Below are positions 34,935-43,831 of a stretch of 64,000 nucleotides of DNA, piece after piece. The stretch's first letter is position 1. Each line of letters begins with the position of its first letter. The position numbers were made by a program, and so were the translations under genes. Under the pieces are notes generated by a model. That model worked only from the letters and a program-made list of their open reading frames with translations. It made no database searches and was not told where the DNA came from. This stretch comes from Acidobacteria bacterium Ga0074141 (GTDB lineage Bacteria; Acidobacteriota; Blastocatellia; Pyrinomonadales; Pyrinomonadaceae): assembly GCA_001464665.1 (NCBI GenBank), contig LNDP01000023.1, positions 158,157 through 222,156 on the forward strand, given 5' to 3'.

Positions 34935-37400
34935 TCAAGCTGATGAACCGTCTGCCTTATTTTCCGCGCGGTCTGGTTTATGCGAGCGGTCGATCGCTTC
35001 GTCCTCGATCTCGCCGCCCGGCGAGACGGGAATGTCATCAGGATCCATATATCTCACCCCGCGTTCTTCGCTATCAAGGTCTTCCGGCGTTATTTTATAT
35101 TGCCCCGATTGCGGCGGCGTGTAGCCCGGATAATCGATTCGCGAATGATAGATCGCGACGAGCGAACGGATCATCGCTTCCCTGATCTGCGTCAGTTCAC
35201 GGAGCGTTAGGTCACATTCGTCGAGTTGGTCGTCGCTGACGATGGCGTCAATGATCTTCGTTACGATAAAGCGTATATTTTCCGGTGTCGGCTCGGCCAG
35301 CGAACGGGCAGCCGCCTCGCAGCTATCGGCGATCATCATTATCGCCGCCTCACGAAATTGCGGCTTCGGCCCCGGATAGCGAAAATCGTTTTCGCTTATC
35401 TCACTTTCATCGCGAGCCTCGGCCTGTGCTTTCTTGAGAAAATAATGGAGCGTCCGCGTTCCGTGGTGCTGCGGAATAAAGTCAATGATCCGCTGCGGCA
35501 GGCCCATTTCCTTCGCAAGCTTAACGCCGTAGGTCACGTGGCTAATGATGATCTTCGCGCTCTGGGCCGGTTTCAGCCGGTCGTGCGGGTTCTTACCGAG
35601 CTGGTTTTCGACAAAGTGTTCCGGCGCCGCTGATTTCCCGATGTCGTGATAAAGGGCACCGATCCGCGAGAGAAGGGCGTTTCCACCGACAACGCGGCAG
35701 GCCTCTTCGGCGAGCTGGCCGACAGCGTGCGAGTGTTGGTTCGTGCCCGGAGCACGCAGGGCCAACTGGCCGAGTGCCGGGAGGTCGGCGTTTGAAAGCT
35801 CGAGCAGCTTTACGTCCGTCAGAATACCGAAGACGTTCTCGAAAACCGGGAGCAGAACCGCCGTAAAGGCCGCGGTCAGCACTCCGCTAGCGAGCCCGCA
35901 GGCGATCGAGAGCACGATCGTATTTAGGATAAGTGGCTGCTGCGTGAAAGCGATCAGGGCGACCGCAACTCCGGCACTCGCCGCACCGACCATCGCACCG
36001 GCGAGCGTGACAGTTTGCCGGCTGCGGTATCGGCCGATGCCGTAGGTCGCGACCGAAGAAGCGATGATCGCATAGACCGTAAACTCAAATCCGCGGGGTG
36101 CCAGAAAGCCGGCAAGCACCGCCGAGAAAAGACCGGTGAACAGGGCCGTTCTCCGATCGGCAAGCAGCGTCATAACAAGGCTGCCGAAGGCGAAGGGGAT
36201 CGCAAACGCCCAGATGCTCGGGTCGTTCATCGGCGGCCTGATGTTCTGTGTTGCCGTGAACTCGGCAAGCCGGAAGAACATCGCCATCAGGAGCACTTGC
36301 GTAAGGGTTAGCGAGCCAAAAAGTGCGAACGTCTTGAACTGCGAAAGGGCAAGCCGCGGCACGATCCCGCGGTGCTCGATGAACTTCCAGGCGATCCAAT
36401 AAAGCGCCGAAATAAGCAGAAGCAAGCCAAAGAAGCGGTTCCAAATGCGAGTGTTCACGTAGTAATTCTCGACCGCCGAGATCTGCGTAAGCACGGCCGG
36501 AGAGATCGTCTCGCCTTGCGTAACGACCCGGTCGCCGCGTTTGAGCGAGACCGCAACAGGCGCGACGCCTTCGGCCACGGCCTGCTTTGCGGCTTCGGTC
36601 GCGGAGCTATCGTAAACAACACTCGGCTGCAAGAGCGGAGCGGTCGCCGCGTAGAATGCTTCGCGTTCCTCTTCGGACAGGCTGCGGATCTCACCGATTC
36701 CCTCTTTCAGCCTGGCTCGCGCATCTGATAGAGATGTCATCGTCGTCATTGGCCGCGACGCCTGCCGCATCTCGGTCGGCCGCTGGCGGTCAACGATAAT
36801 TATCTCACCCTGAAGAAACTGCCGGTCCTGGTCGCCGAAAATATCGCCGCCCGAATTCTCACGCAGCAGCCGCGTTACCGCCTCGATCTCGTTCGCACTG
36901 AACCGCCGACTAGCAAAAATATTCCCGAGTTCGGCTCCGCCCGGCCCGCTCCAGGCAACGCTTGCCGGAGCGGCGTTGGCATTTGCATTTGCGCGGTTCG
37001 CCGGCGGTGCCGCGGCTACTTTCGTTTGCAAGTCCTCCCAGGCGGAGCGAAAGCTCTGCACAGCTTCATCGGCACGCCGGGGCTCATAGACAAAGATCGG
37101 GCGTTCCGCATCGCGGGCAACCTGCTTGATCCGCTCGGTCTCGGCCTCATCTACAAAATAGATGTCAGCGGGCGAAATTATCGTATCGCGAGAGACGTCG
37201 CCCGCCTTATAGCCGGATCCGCCGATCGGGCGCGAAAAAGGATTCTCGATCAGCAGGGTCGTTGCGAACGCGAGTATGGCAAAGCCGATCCAAAACCGCT
37301 GAGCGGACGAGAGTTTCTCAAGGCGGGCGCGCATCTCGTCCCCCGCCTTTGTCAGGTAGCGGCCAACGGGAGATCGCAGGTCCTCCATCTTTTGCTTCAT
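34935..37400 (-). CDS. pgpH: 7TM-HD membrane phosphohydrolase (PgpH-like, HDIG domain)
   Basis: It has an extracytoplasmic N-domain, a 7TM block and HD-domain motifs HSHAVG and LYHDIGK. The start is set at ATG 37400 (MKQKMEDL), just downstream of the hflX stop. Confidence 0.85.
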   Translation of the reverse strand: MKQKMEDLRSPVGRYLTKAGDEMRARLEKLSSAQRFWIGFAILAFATTLLIENPFSRPIGGSGYKAGDVSRDTIISPADIYFVDEAETERIKQVARDAERPIFVYEPRRADEAVQSFRSAWEDLQTKVAAAPPANRANANANAAPASVAWSGPGGAELGNIFASRRFSANEIEAVTRLLRENSGGDIFGDQDRQFLQGEIIIVDRQRPTEMRQASRPMTTMTSLSDARARLKEGIGEIRSLSEEEREAFYAATAPLLQPSVVYDSSATEAAKQAVAEGVAPVAVSLKRGDRVVTQGETISPAVLTQISAVENYYVNTRIWNRFFGLLLLISALYWIAWKFIEHRGIVPRLALSQFKTFALFGSLTLTQVLLMAMFFRLAEFTATQNIRPPMNDPSIWAFAIPFAFGSLVMTLLADRRTALFTGLFSAVLAGFLAPRGFEFTVYAIIASSVATYGIGRYRSRQTVTLAGAMVGAASAGVAVALIAFTQQPLILNTIVLSIACGLASGVLTAAFTAVLLPVFENVFGILTDVKLLELSNADLPALGQLALRAPGTNQHSHAVGQLAEEACRVVGGNALLSRIGALYHDIGKSAAPEHFVENQLGKNPHDRLKPAQSAKIIISHVTYGVKLAKEMGLPQRIIDFIPQHHGTRTLHYFLKKAQAEARDESEISENDFRYPGPKPQFREAAIMMIADSCEAAARSLAEPTPENIRFIVTKIIDAIVSDDQLDECDLTLRELTQIREAMIRSLVAIYHSRIDYPGYTPPQSGQYKITPEDLDSEERGVRYMDPDDIPVSPGGEIEDEAIDRSHKPDRAENKADGSSA

Positions 37401-37416
37401 AGTTCCGCCCCGATTT

Positions 37417-39183
37417 TTAGACCGAATGCGTTGCCGCGAGTTCCGAGGAGCCGATCGCCATTCCGATCTTCGAGAGCATCTCGCCGAGCCCTTCACCGCG
37501 AATAGCTGAAATTGCCACGCAATCGCGGTTGCTGTCAAGCGTTACTTGCCGGCGAAGCTCGTCGAGAGCCTCCGGAGAAGCGGCATCGGCCTTGTTCAGC
37601 ACAACGATTTCGCGAAGTTCATGATAGCCCAGTTCACCGATGATCTTTTCAACCGAAGCGATCTGCTGAAGCGCCCGCGGGTTTGCCGCATCGACCACAT
37701 GAAGCAGCAGATCGCTTTCCTGTATTTCTTCGAGCGTAGCACGGAATGCGGCGACCAGGTCTTTCGGAAGATCGCGGATGAACCCGACCGTATCGTTAAT
37801 GATCACTTCCCGCTCTTCGGGCAGCCGCAGCCGTCGCGAGGTCGGGTCGAGTGTCGCAAACATCTTTCGCTCGGCATAAACTTCGGAGCGGGTCAGTATA
37901 TTGAGTAGCGTCGACTTCCCTGCGTTCGTATAGCCGATCAGCGAGATGACCGGAAGATCGCGCTGAACGCGGGCCTTTCGCCGCTCCTGCCGCTGACGGG
38001 CGAGCCCTTCGACCTGCTTCTCTAACTGAGAGATGCGGTCGCGGACGCGCCGGCGGTCGGTTTCGAGCTTTGTTTCACCCGGGCCGCGGCCGCCGATGCC
38101 GCCGGCAAGCCGCGAGAAAGCCGAGTCCTGCCCGGCGATCAGCCGCGGAAGCATATATCGAAGCTGGGCGAGTTCGACCTGCAGCTTACCTTCCCGCGAT
38201 TGAGCCCGCTGGGCAAAGATGTCAAGAATAAGCTGCGGGCGATCGATGACCTTCAGGTCCGTCACCTTCGAGATCTCGCGGACCTGTGCCGGCGAGAGCT
38301 CCTGATCGAAGACGATCAGGTCAGCCCCGAGCTGCATCGAGCGGATCAGCAATTCCTGTAGCTTACCGCGGCCAAGCACGGTCTTTGGGTCGACCTGCGG
38401 ACGCCGCTGAATTATTGTGTCGACGACCATCACATCCGCCGAAAGTGCCAGCTCGCGAAGCTCGGCCATCGATTCCTCGGCGTCCATCGCCGCTCCGGTC
38501 GAGATGCCGACAAGGATCGCCCGTTCGCGAGCCCCCTGGCCGCTCCGTGCAGTTTTGCGAACGCGAACCATCTCGCTCTCAAGCGACGTGATGAGCTCGG
38601 TAAAATCAGTATCGAGATTTGCCGGTATCGCCGGCGAAAGAAGTGCGAAAGGCTCGGCGTCGCCGTTGCTTGCGATCGCCTCTGCATTTCCGGGCAAAAG
38701 ATGAGCGGCGTGGACAAGTCCCGGAAGGCCGGTGTTGCGATCGACCTGAATTATCGCCATCAGGTCGAGCCTGAGCAACGCAAGGTCAGTAAGATCGTCC
38801 TGCGTCAGCTTTTCATTCTGCAGATGCGTATGAACGCACCGAAGGCCACGGAAGCGGCCCGAACCCGCACGCGAACGGCCGAAGTCGGGCATCTCGATGC
38901 TCTTCGCATCGCCAACCATTACATATTCGACCTGGCCCTTGCGGTTGATCAGCACACCGATCTGCCTTCCGGTCTCGTTCGAGATCTCAGACATCTGACG
39001 CGCCAATTCATTTGAGATGATTGTATTCTGCGGCACCCGCCGCGACACGAGCTTTTCGATCCGCTTGAGCTGATTGTGCTTGAGCCCCTTTACGAAGCCA
39101 TTGACAGTACTGATATCACTACCTCCGAAGATTCCATTATAGCAGATTCGCCCCGTGCCATTCCGACCGAAGGGTTGCCGCAA
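37417..39183 (-). CDS. hflX: GTPase HflX (long N-terminal form)
   Basis: HflX N-domain (ELxxLAxSAxVxVV), G1 GYTNAGKST, G3 DTVGF and G4 NKAD. The only canonical start upstream of the conserved N-terminus is the TTG at 39183, so the start is uncertain. Confidence 0.88.
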   Translation of the reverse strand: MRQPFGRNGTGRICYNGIFGGSDISTVNGFVKGLKHNQLKRIEKLVSRRVPQNTIISNELARQMSEISNETGRQIGVLINRKGQVEYVMVGDAKSIEMPDFGRSRAGSGRFRGLRCVHTHLQNEKLTQDDLTDLALLRLDLMAIIQVDRNTGLPGLVHAAHLLPGNAEAIASNGDAEPFALLSPAIPANLDTDFTELITSLESEMVRVRKTARSGQGARERAILVGISTGAAMDAEESMAELRELALSADVMVVDTIIQRRPQVDPKTVLGRGKLQELLIRSMQLGADLIVFDQELSPAQVREISKVTDLKVIDRPQLILDIFAQRAQSREGKLQVELAQLRYMLPRLIAGQDSAFSRLAGGIGGRGPGETKLETDRRRVRDRISQLEKQVEGLARQRQERRKARVQRDLPVISLIGYTNAGKSTLLNILTRSEVYAERKMFATLDPTSRRLRLPEEREVIINDTVGFIRDLPKDLVAAFRATLEEIQESDLLLHVVDAANPRALQQIASVEKIIGELGYHELREIVVLNKADAASPEALDELRRQVTLDSNRDCVAISAIRGEGLGEMLSKIGMAIGSSELAATHSV

Positions 39184-39236
39184 CCCGTTTGATAAGCAGT
39201 ATTGAATTCGCCATAATCACCTTTTACACACACACA

Positions 39237-40676
39237 ATGTTCAGCAACTTATCACCTAACGCAAGTTACAGCCTCACACTTCGCGTAAAGATCCACAACA
39301 AACCCGGAAAGCTCGGCGAGGTCACTACCGCCATCGGCAAAACCGGCGGCGACATCGAGGGCATCGACATCGCAAGCGTCGGCCGCGATTTCCTGATCCG
39401 CGACATCACAGTCAACGCCTCAAGCGAGAACCACGATAAAGAGATCATCGAATGTCTGAAAGACATAGATGGGGTCGAGGTCATCCACGTCAGCGACCGA
39501 ACGTTCCTGATGCACCTCGGCGGAAAGATCGAGGTGGTCTCCAAAGCTCCGCTGAAAACTCGTTCCGATCTTTCGATGGCATACACGCCCGGCGTCGCCC
39601 GCGTTTGTCAGGCCATCCATAAGGACCCGGAGAAGGTCTTTAATCTCACGATAAAGAAGAATACCGTTGCGGTCATCTCGGATGGAACTGCGGTGCTCGG
39701 GCTCGGCGACATCGGCCCGGCGGCCGCGATGCCTGTGATGGAGGGCAAGGCACAGCTCTTTAAAGAATTCGGCGGTGTCGATGCATTTCCCATTTGTCTC
39801 AACACCAAAGACCCGCATGAGATCGTCCAGACCATCAAGAATATCGCCGTTGCGTTCGGCGGCATCAATCTCGAGGACATATCCGCACCTCGATGCTTTG
39901 AGATAGAGGAGCGGCTGAAAGAAGAGCTCGACATCCCCGTCTTTCACGACGATCAGCACGGGACCGCGGTCGTCGTGCTTGCCGCTTTGATCAATGCGTT
40001 GAAGATCGTCGGCAAGCGGATGGAAGATATAAAGGTCGTCGTCAATGGCATCGGAGCGGCCGGCGTCGCGTGTTCGAAGATCGTAATGGCCGCCGGCGTG
40101 AAGAACATCATCGGCTGCGACACCGTCGGATCGATCTATGACGGGCGAAAGGAACACATGAACTGGGTAAAGGACTGGTATGCCCGGAACACGAATCCCA
40201 ACAAAGAAACCGGATCGGTACACGATGTGATCGCCGGAGCCGACGTATTCTTCGGCCTTTCCGCTCCCGGGACGATCACGGTCGACGACCTCAAGAAGAT
40301 GAACACCGACCCGATCGTCTTCGCGATGGCGAACCCTGTGCCGGAGATCATGCCGGAAGAGGCCGAGGGACACGTTGCCGTTATGGCGACCGGGCGTTCT
40401 GATTATCCGAACCAGATCAACAACGTGCTCTGCTTTCCCGGAATCTTCCGCGGAGCTCTCAACTGCCGGGCATCGCGAATCAATGAACAAATGAAACTGG
40501 CCGCTGCCAATGCGATCGCAGGAATTATCGGCGACGACGAACTCCATCCCGATTACATCATTCCGTCCGTATTTGACCGACGCGTCGGTGAGGCTGTTGC
40601 GGCCGAGGTCGAAGAGGCGGCATACGCCTCAGGAGTCGCCCGCCGAAGCCGTTCGACGTCCGAAACGGAGTTCTGA
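39237..40676 (+). CDS. NAD(P)-dependent malic enzyme with N-terminal ACT domain
   Basis: ACT-like N-terminus (LTLRVKIHNKPGKLGEV), then DLSMAYTPGVA, ISDGTAVLGLGDIG and FHDDQHGTAVV. The ATG at 39237 is preferred to the TTG at 39189. Confidence 0.9.
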   Translation: MFSNLSPNASYSLTLRVKIHNKPGKLGEVTTAIGKTGGDIEGIDIASVGRDFLIRDITVNASSENHDKEIIECLKDIDGVEVIHVSDRTFLMHLGGKIEVVSKAPLKTRSDLSMAYTPGVARVCQAIHKDPEKVFNLTIKKNTVAVISDGTAVLGLGDIGPAAAMPVMEGKAQLFKEFGGVDAFPICLNTKDPHEIVQTIKNIAVAFGGINLEDISAPRCFEIEERLKEELDIPVFHDDQHGTAVVVLAALINALKIVGKRMEDIKVVVNGIGAAGVACSKIVMAAGVKNIIGCDTVGSIYDGRKEHMNWVKDWYARNTNPNKETGSVHDVIAGADVFFGLSAPGTITVDDLKKMNTDPIVFAMANPVPEIMPEEAEGHVAVMATGRSDYPNQINNVLCFPGIFRGALNCRASRINEQMKLAAANAIAGIIGDDELHPDYIIPSVFDRRVGEAVAAEVEEAAYASGVARRSRSTSETEF

Positions 40677-40707
40677 TCCGGATACAAAACTATTACACCT
40701 TAAGTGC

Positions 40708-40740
40708 GGCCCCGAACTTACATCTCGGGGCCGTTTCTGT
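40708..40740 (+). terminator. terminator after the malic enzyme gene
   Basis: GGCCCCGA acttacatc TCGGGGCC followed by GTTTCTGTGT. Confidence 0.6.
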
Positions 40741-40787
40741 GTATAGTAGCGATTGAACGTTATGTTTCGGAGCAGTATTGCATCAAG

Positions 40788-41432
40788 ATGATCTCGGCTC
40801 GCTTAAAAGCACTTTCCGTTGATGAGGTGGCAAATTCGCTCACCCATGGCTTCGGGCTTTTGCTTAGCTTCGCGGGGTTTGTTTTTCTTCTCGCTCTTGC
40901 AGTAATTAAAGGCGACGGCTGGCACATCGCGAGTGCGGTGGTTTACGGCCTCTCGCTGGTTATTCTCTACGCCGCATCGACGCTCTACCATTCAGAGGTC
41001 GAACCCGGCCGCAAGCACCTGCTCCAACTCGTCGATCACTGCTGCATTTACCTCCTGATCGCAGGCAGCTACACTCCTTTTCTTTTGCTGCTGATGCGTA
41101 ACTCCTTCGGCTTCGGGCTGCTCGCCTTCGTTTGGGCATTCGCTCTCTTCGGCATCGCGATGAAGGTCATTTTCCGCGGTCGTTTCAATGCGGTCGGCGT
41201 TGTCTCGTACCTCGCGATGGGTTGGATCGGCGTCCTCGTCGTCCATCCGCTTTATTTGATCTTGGGCTGGGAGCCACTTGCTCTTGTGATAGCCGGCGGG
41301 GCCAGCTACACGCTCGGTGTCATCTTCTACGGCTGGCACAAATTACGCCACCACCACGCCATTTGGCACGGCTTTGTCCTTGGCGGCAGCGTTCTGCATT
41401 ACCTCGCCATTGTTATGTTTGTGTTCCGATAG
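40788..41432 (+). CDS. hemolysin III / PAQR family channel protein
   Basis: 7 TM segments, EVANSLTHG, STLYH and C-terminal HAIWHGFVLGGSVLHY motifs. The internal ATG gives 214 aa. Confidence 0.88.
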   Translation: MISARLKALSVDEVANSLTHGFGLLLSFAGFVFLLALAVIKGDGWHIASAVVYGLSLVILYAASTLYHSEVEPGRKHLLQLVDHCCIYLLIAGSYTPFLLLLMRNSFGFGLLAFVWAFALFGIAMKVIFRGRFNAVGVVSYLAMGWIGVLVVHPLYLILGWEPLALVIAGGASYTLGVIFYGWHKLRHHHAIWHGFVLGGSVLHYLAIVMFVFR

Positions 41433-41468
41433 TCTTTGCTCGATCCCCTGATCCGCATTTCTAACACT

Positions 41469-41497
41469 TTGTAAAGTTCTTATTTTTGGGCTACTAT
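41469..41497 (+). promoter_or_regulatory. candidate promoter of the CSLREA beta-helix gene
   Basis: TTGTAA, a 17-nt spacer, then TACTAT. Confidence 0.4.
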
Positions 41498-41620
41498 GCG
41501 GGTACTTTTGTATTACTCGTATCTGGCGGCCCTTTCTCTTTGGGCTATCTGTGCGGGATCCGCTCGGGCACCTCGCGTTCGCCTGGGCCGACCCTTGGCT
41601 TTTCATTTGGAGGACAAAAA

Positions 41621-43123
41621 ATGAGATCTATCAAGACGGGTTTTTCCGCTTTTCTTTTGCTCACATTCCTGAGCGTTTCCGCCTTAGCTGCAACATTTAC
41701 CGTCACGAAGACCGCTGATACAAACGACGGCACGTGTGACGCCGACTGCTCGCTCCGCGAAGCCGTGGCCGCCGCGAATGCGGCAGGTTCGGACGACTCG
41801 ATCGTCTTTTCGAGCCTTTTTGACTCACCACAGATCATTACACTTTCCGGTACCGAGATCGTTATCAACAATGCCGGTACTCTGACGATCACAGGACCGG
41901 GAGCGAACCTACTTACGGTCAGCGGCAACAACACGAGCCGCATTTTTCAGAATACGGTCGGGGCAGTAACGTCAATGAGCGGTATGACCTTGACCGGCGG
42001 TAACGGGGTCAGCACGTTCAACAACAATAGCGGCGGTGCGATACAGAATTCCGGGACCATGACCCTTACCGCGATGATAATCACTGGAAACACGACCTCC
42101 GGATCGGCCGGCGGGATAAGAAACAGCAGTACGGGCAGCCAGCTCACGATCAACGGCTGTATCATTTCAAATAATACTTCGACCGGTAGTTCAGCCGGCG
42201 GTATCCAAAACTTCAGCACCAGCACGTTGACAGTCAACAACACTACGTTTACAGGCAACCTGAGCGGCGGCGGCTCGGTCGGCGGCGGAGCGATGCAGGT
42301 CAATGGAACTGCGCGTATCACCAACTCGACCTTCTCCGGTAACACAAGCAATACAACCGGCGGCGGTGGTGCGATGAACATCAATGGTTCATCGATCGTA
42401 ATTACGAACGTAACGATCAGTGGAAATTCGGCTCCGAACAACGGTGGCGGTATCCACCGAGGCACGACGAATGCCAATTTCTTTATTCGCAATACGATTA
42501 TTGCGGGAAACAACGGCACTGCCGCCTCGCCGGACATTACGAATTCGACGGGCGGACTCCAATCGCAGGGCAACAACATCATCGGCAACGTCGGCACAAG
42601 CACCGGATGGGTCGCCTCTGATCTTCTAAATACTGCTCCTCTGCTTGGTGCACTGGCTGATAATGGCGGGTTCGGACAGACCTTCCTTCCGCAGGCAGGT
42701 TCACCTGCGATCGATGGCGGGCAAAATTGCGTTCGTGACCTTTCTTGCAAAGCCAACAATCCGCCGGCTGCGGTCACCGATGATCAACGCGGCGTTTCCA
42801 GAACAACAAATGGCAACGTTGATATCGGCTCGGTCGAAGTAGCAGCTGTCGCTCCGGTAAGTGTTAGCGGTCAGGTCCTTGTGGCCGAAGGCGTTGCACT
42901 TCCGCTTGCACTTGTCTCGATTACCGACGGCAACGAGACGCGTTACTTCATAACGAACAGCTTCGGATACTTCAATTTCGAAGGGCTGAGTGCCGGCACT
43001 GAATACACAATTACGGTAAGCAGCAAGGCCGCGAACTACCCGCCGCTTCTGGTGACACCGACAGATGACATCGACGGAATTATCTTCCTTCCGATTGTCG
43101 CTCTCCGAGCGGATAGCAAATAG
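41621..43123 (+). CDS. secreted CSLREA-domain parallel beta-helix protein with C-terminal CarboxypepD_reg-like module
   Basis: GGAGGA RBS and a signal peptide (FLLLTFLSVSALA). It has the DGTCDADCSLREAVAAAN motif and many GG..GGAI.N / N.TFSGN beta-helix rungs. The last roughly 95 aa contain SGQVL...TNSFGYFNFEGL..GTEYTITV. Confidence 0.75.
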   Translation: MRSIKTGFSAFLLLTFLSVSALAATFTVTKTADTNDGTCDADCSLREAVAAANAAGSDDSIVFSSLFDSPQIITLSGTEIVINNAGTLTITGPGANLLTVSGNNTSRIFQNTVGAVTSMSGMTLTGGNGVSTFNNNSGGAIQNSGTMTLTAMIITGNTTSGSAGGIRNSSTGSQLTINGCIISNNTSTGSSAGGIQNFSTSTLTVNNTTFTGNLSGGGSVGGGAMQVNGTARITNSTFSGNTSNTTGGGGAMNINGSSIVITNVTISGNSAPNNGGGIHRGTTNANFFIRNTIIAGNNGTAASPDITNSTGGLQSQGNNIIGNVGTSTGWVASDLLNTAPLLGALADNGGFGQTFLPQAGSPAIDGGQNCVRDLSCKANNPPAAVTDDQRGVSRTTNGNVDIGSVEVAAVAPVSVSGQVLVAEGVALPLALVSITDGNETRYFITNSFGYFNFEGLSAGTEYTITVSSKAANYPPLLVTPTDDIDGIIFLPIVALRADSK

Positions 43124-43150
43124 ACAAGAGTGAGGGCTCCCACCCGCTCT

Positions 43151-43831
43151 TCATTCGCAAAACTTATATCCCAACCCGTGAACGGTCTGTATATGTGCAG
43201 GCCGTTTCGGATTTTCCTCTAGCTTTTGCCGAAGCCAGGCGATGTGCACGTCCACGGTCCGGGTCGAGGGCATCGCGTCGTAACCCCAAACGTGGTCGAG
43301 CAGTTCATCCCGCGAATGTACGATGCCGCGGTTCTCCACCAAAAACCGAAGTAGTTTGAACTCCATTGCCGAAAGCTCGACTGGCTCGCCCGATCGCCGT
43401 ACCTCGGCACGGGCGAGGTCGATGGTCACGTTGCCAAACGCCGCCGCTCCGTTGATCTGCCCGCTAACGCTTCTCGACCGCCGCATCAATGCTTCGATCC
43501 GGGCCAGCAGTTCGGCGACCTCGAAAGGTTTCGTCAGGTAGTCGTCGGCCCCGAGCTTTAGCCCGAGCACTTTATCGATGGTCTCGCCCTTTGCCGTAAG
43601 CATCAGCACCGGTGTTTCAACACCGCGGCGGCGAAGGTCGCGGCAAACGTCGTAACCATTCTTTTTCGGGAGCATTATGTCGAGGATGATGAGGTCAAAG
43701 CTCTGCGAGGTCGCCAAGCGAAAACCCGCTTCACCATCCACCGCCGAGACGACCTCATAGCCTTCGGCCGTTAGGCGGTCCGTGAGGGTTAAGATCAATC
43801 CCTTTTCATCTTCGACGAGCAGAATCTTCAT
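43151..43831 (-). CDS. OmpR-family response regulator
   Basis: Receiver domain MKILLVEDE...DLIILDIMLP...KP and a winged-helix C-terminus (LTAMEFKLL..., IQTVHGLGYKF). Confidence 0.92.
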   Translation of the reverse strand: MKILLVEDEKGLILTLTDRLTAEGYEVVSAVDGEAGFRLATSQSFDLIILDIMLPKKNGYDVCRDLRRRGVETPVLMLTAKGETIDKVLGLKLGADDYLTKPFEVAELLARIEALMRRSRSVSGQINGAAAFGNVTIDLARAEVRRSGEPVELSAMEFKLLRFLVENRGIVHSRDELLDHVWGYDAMPSTRTVDVHIAWLRQKLEENPKRPAHIQTVHGLGYKFCE

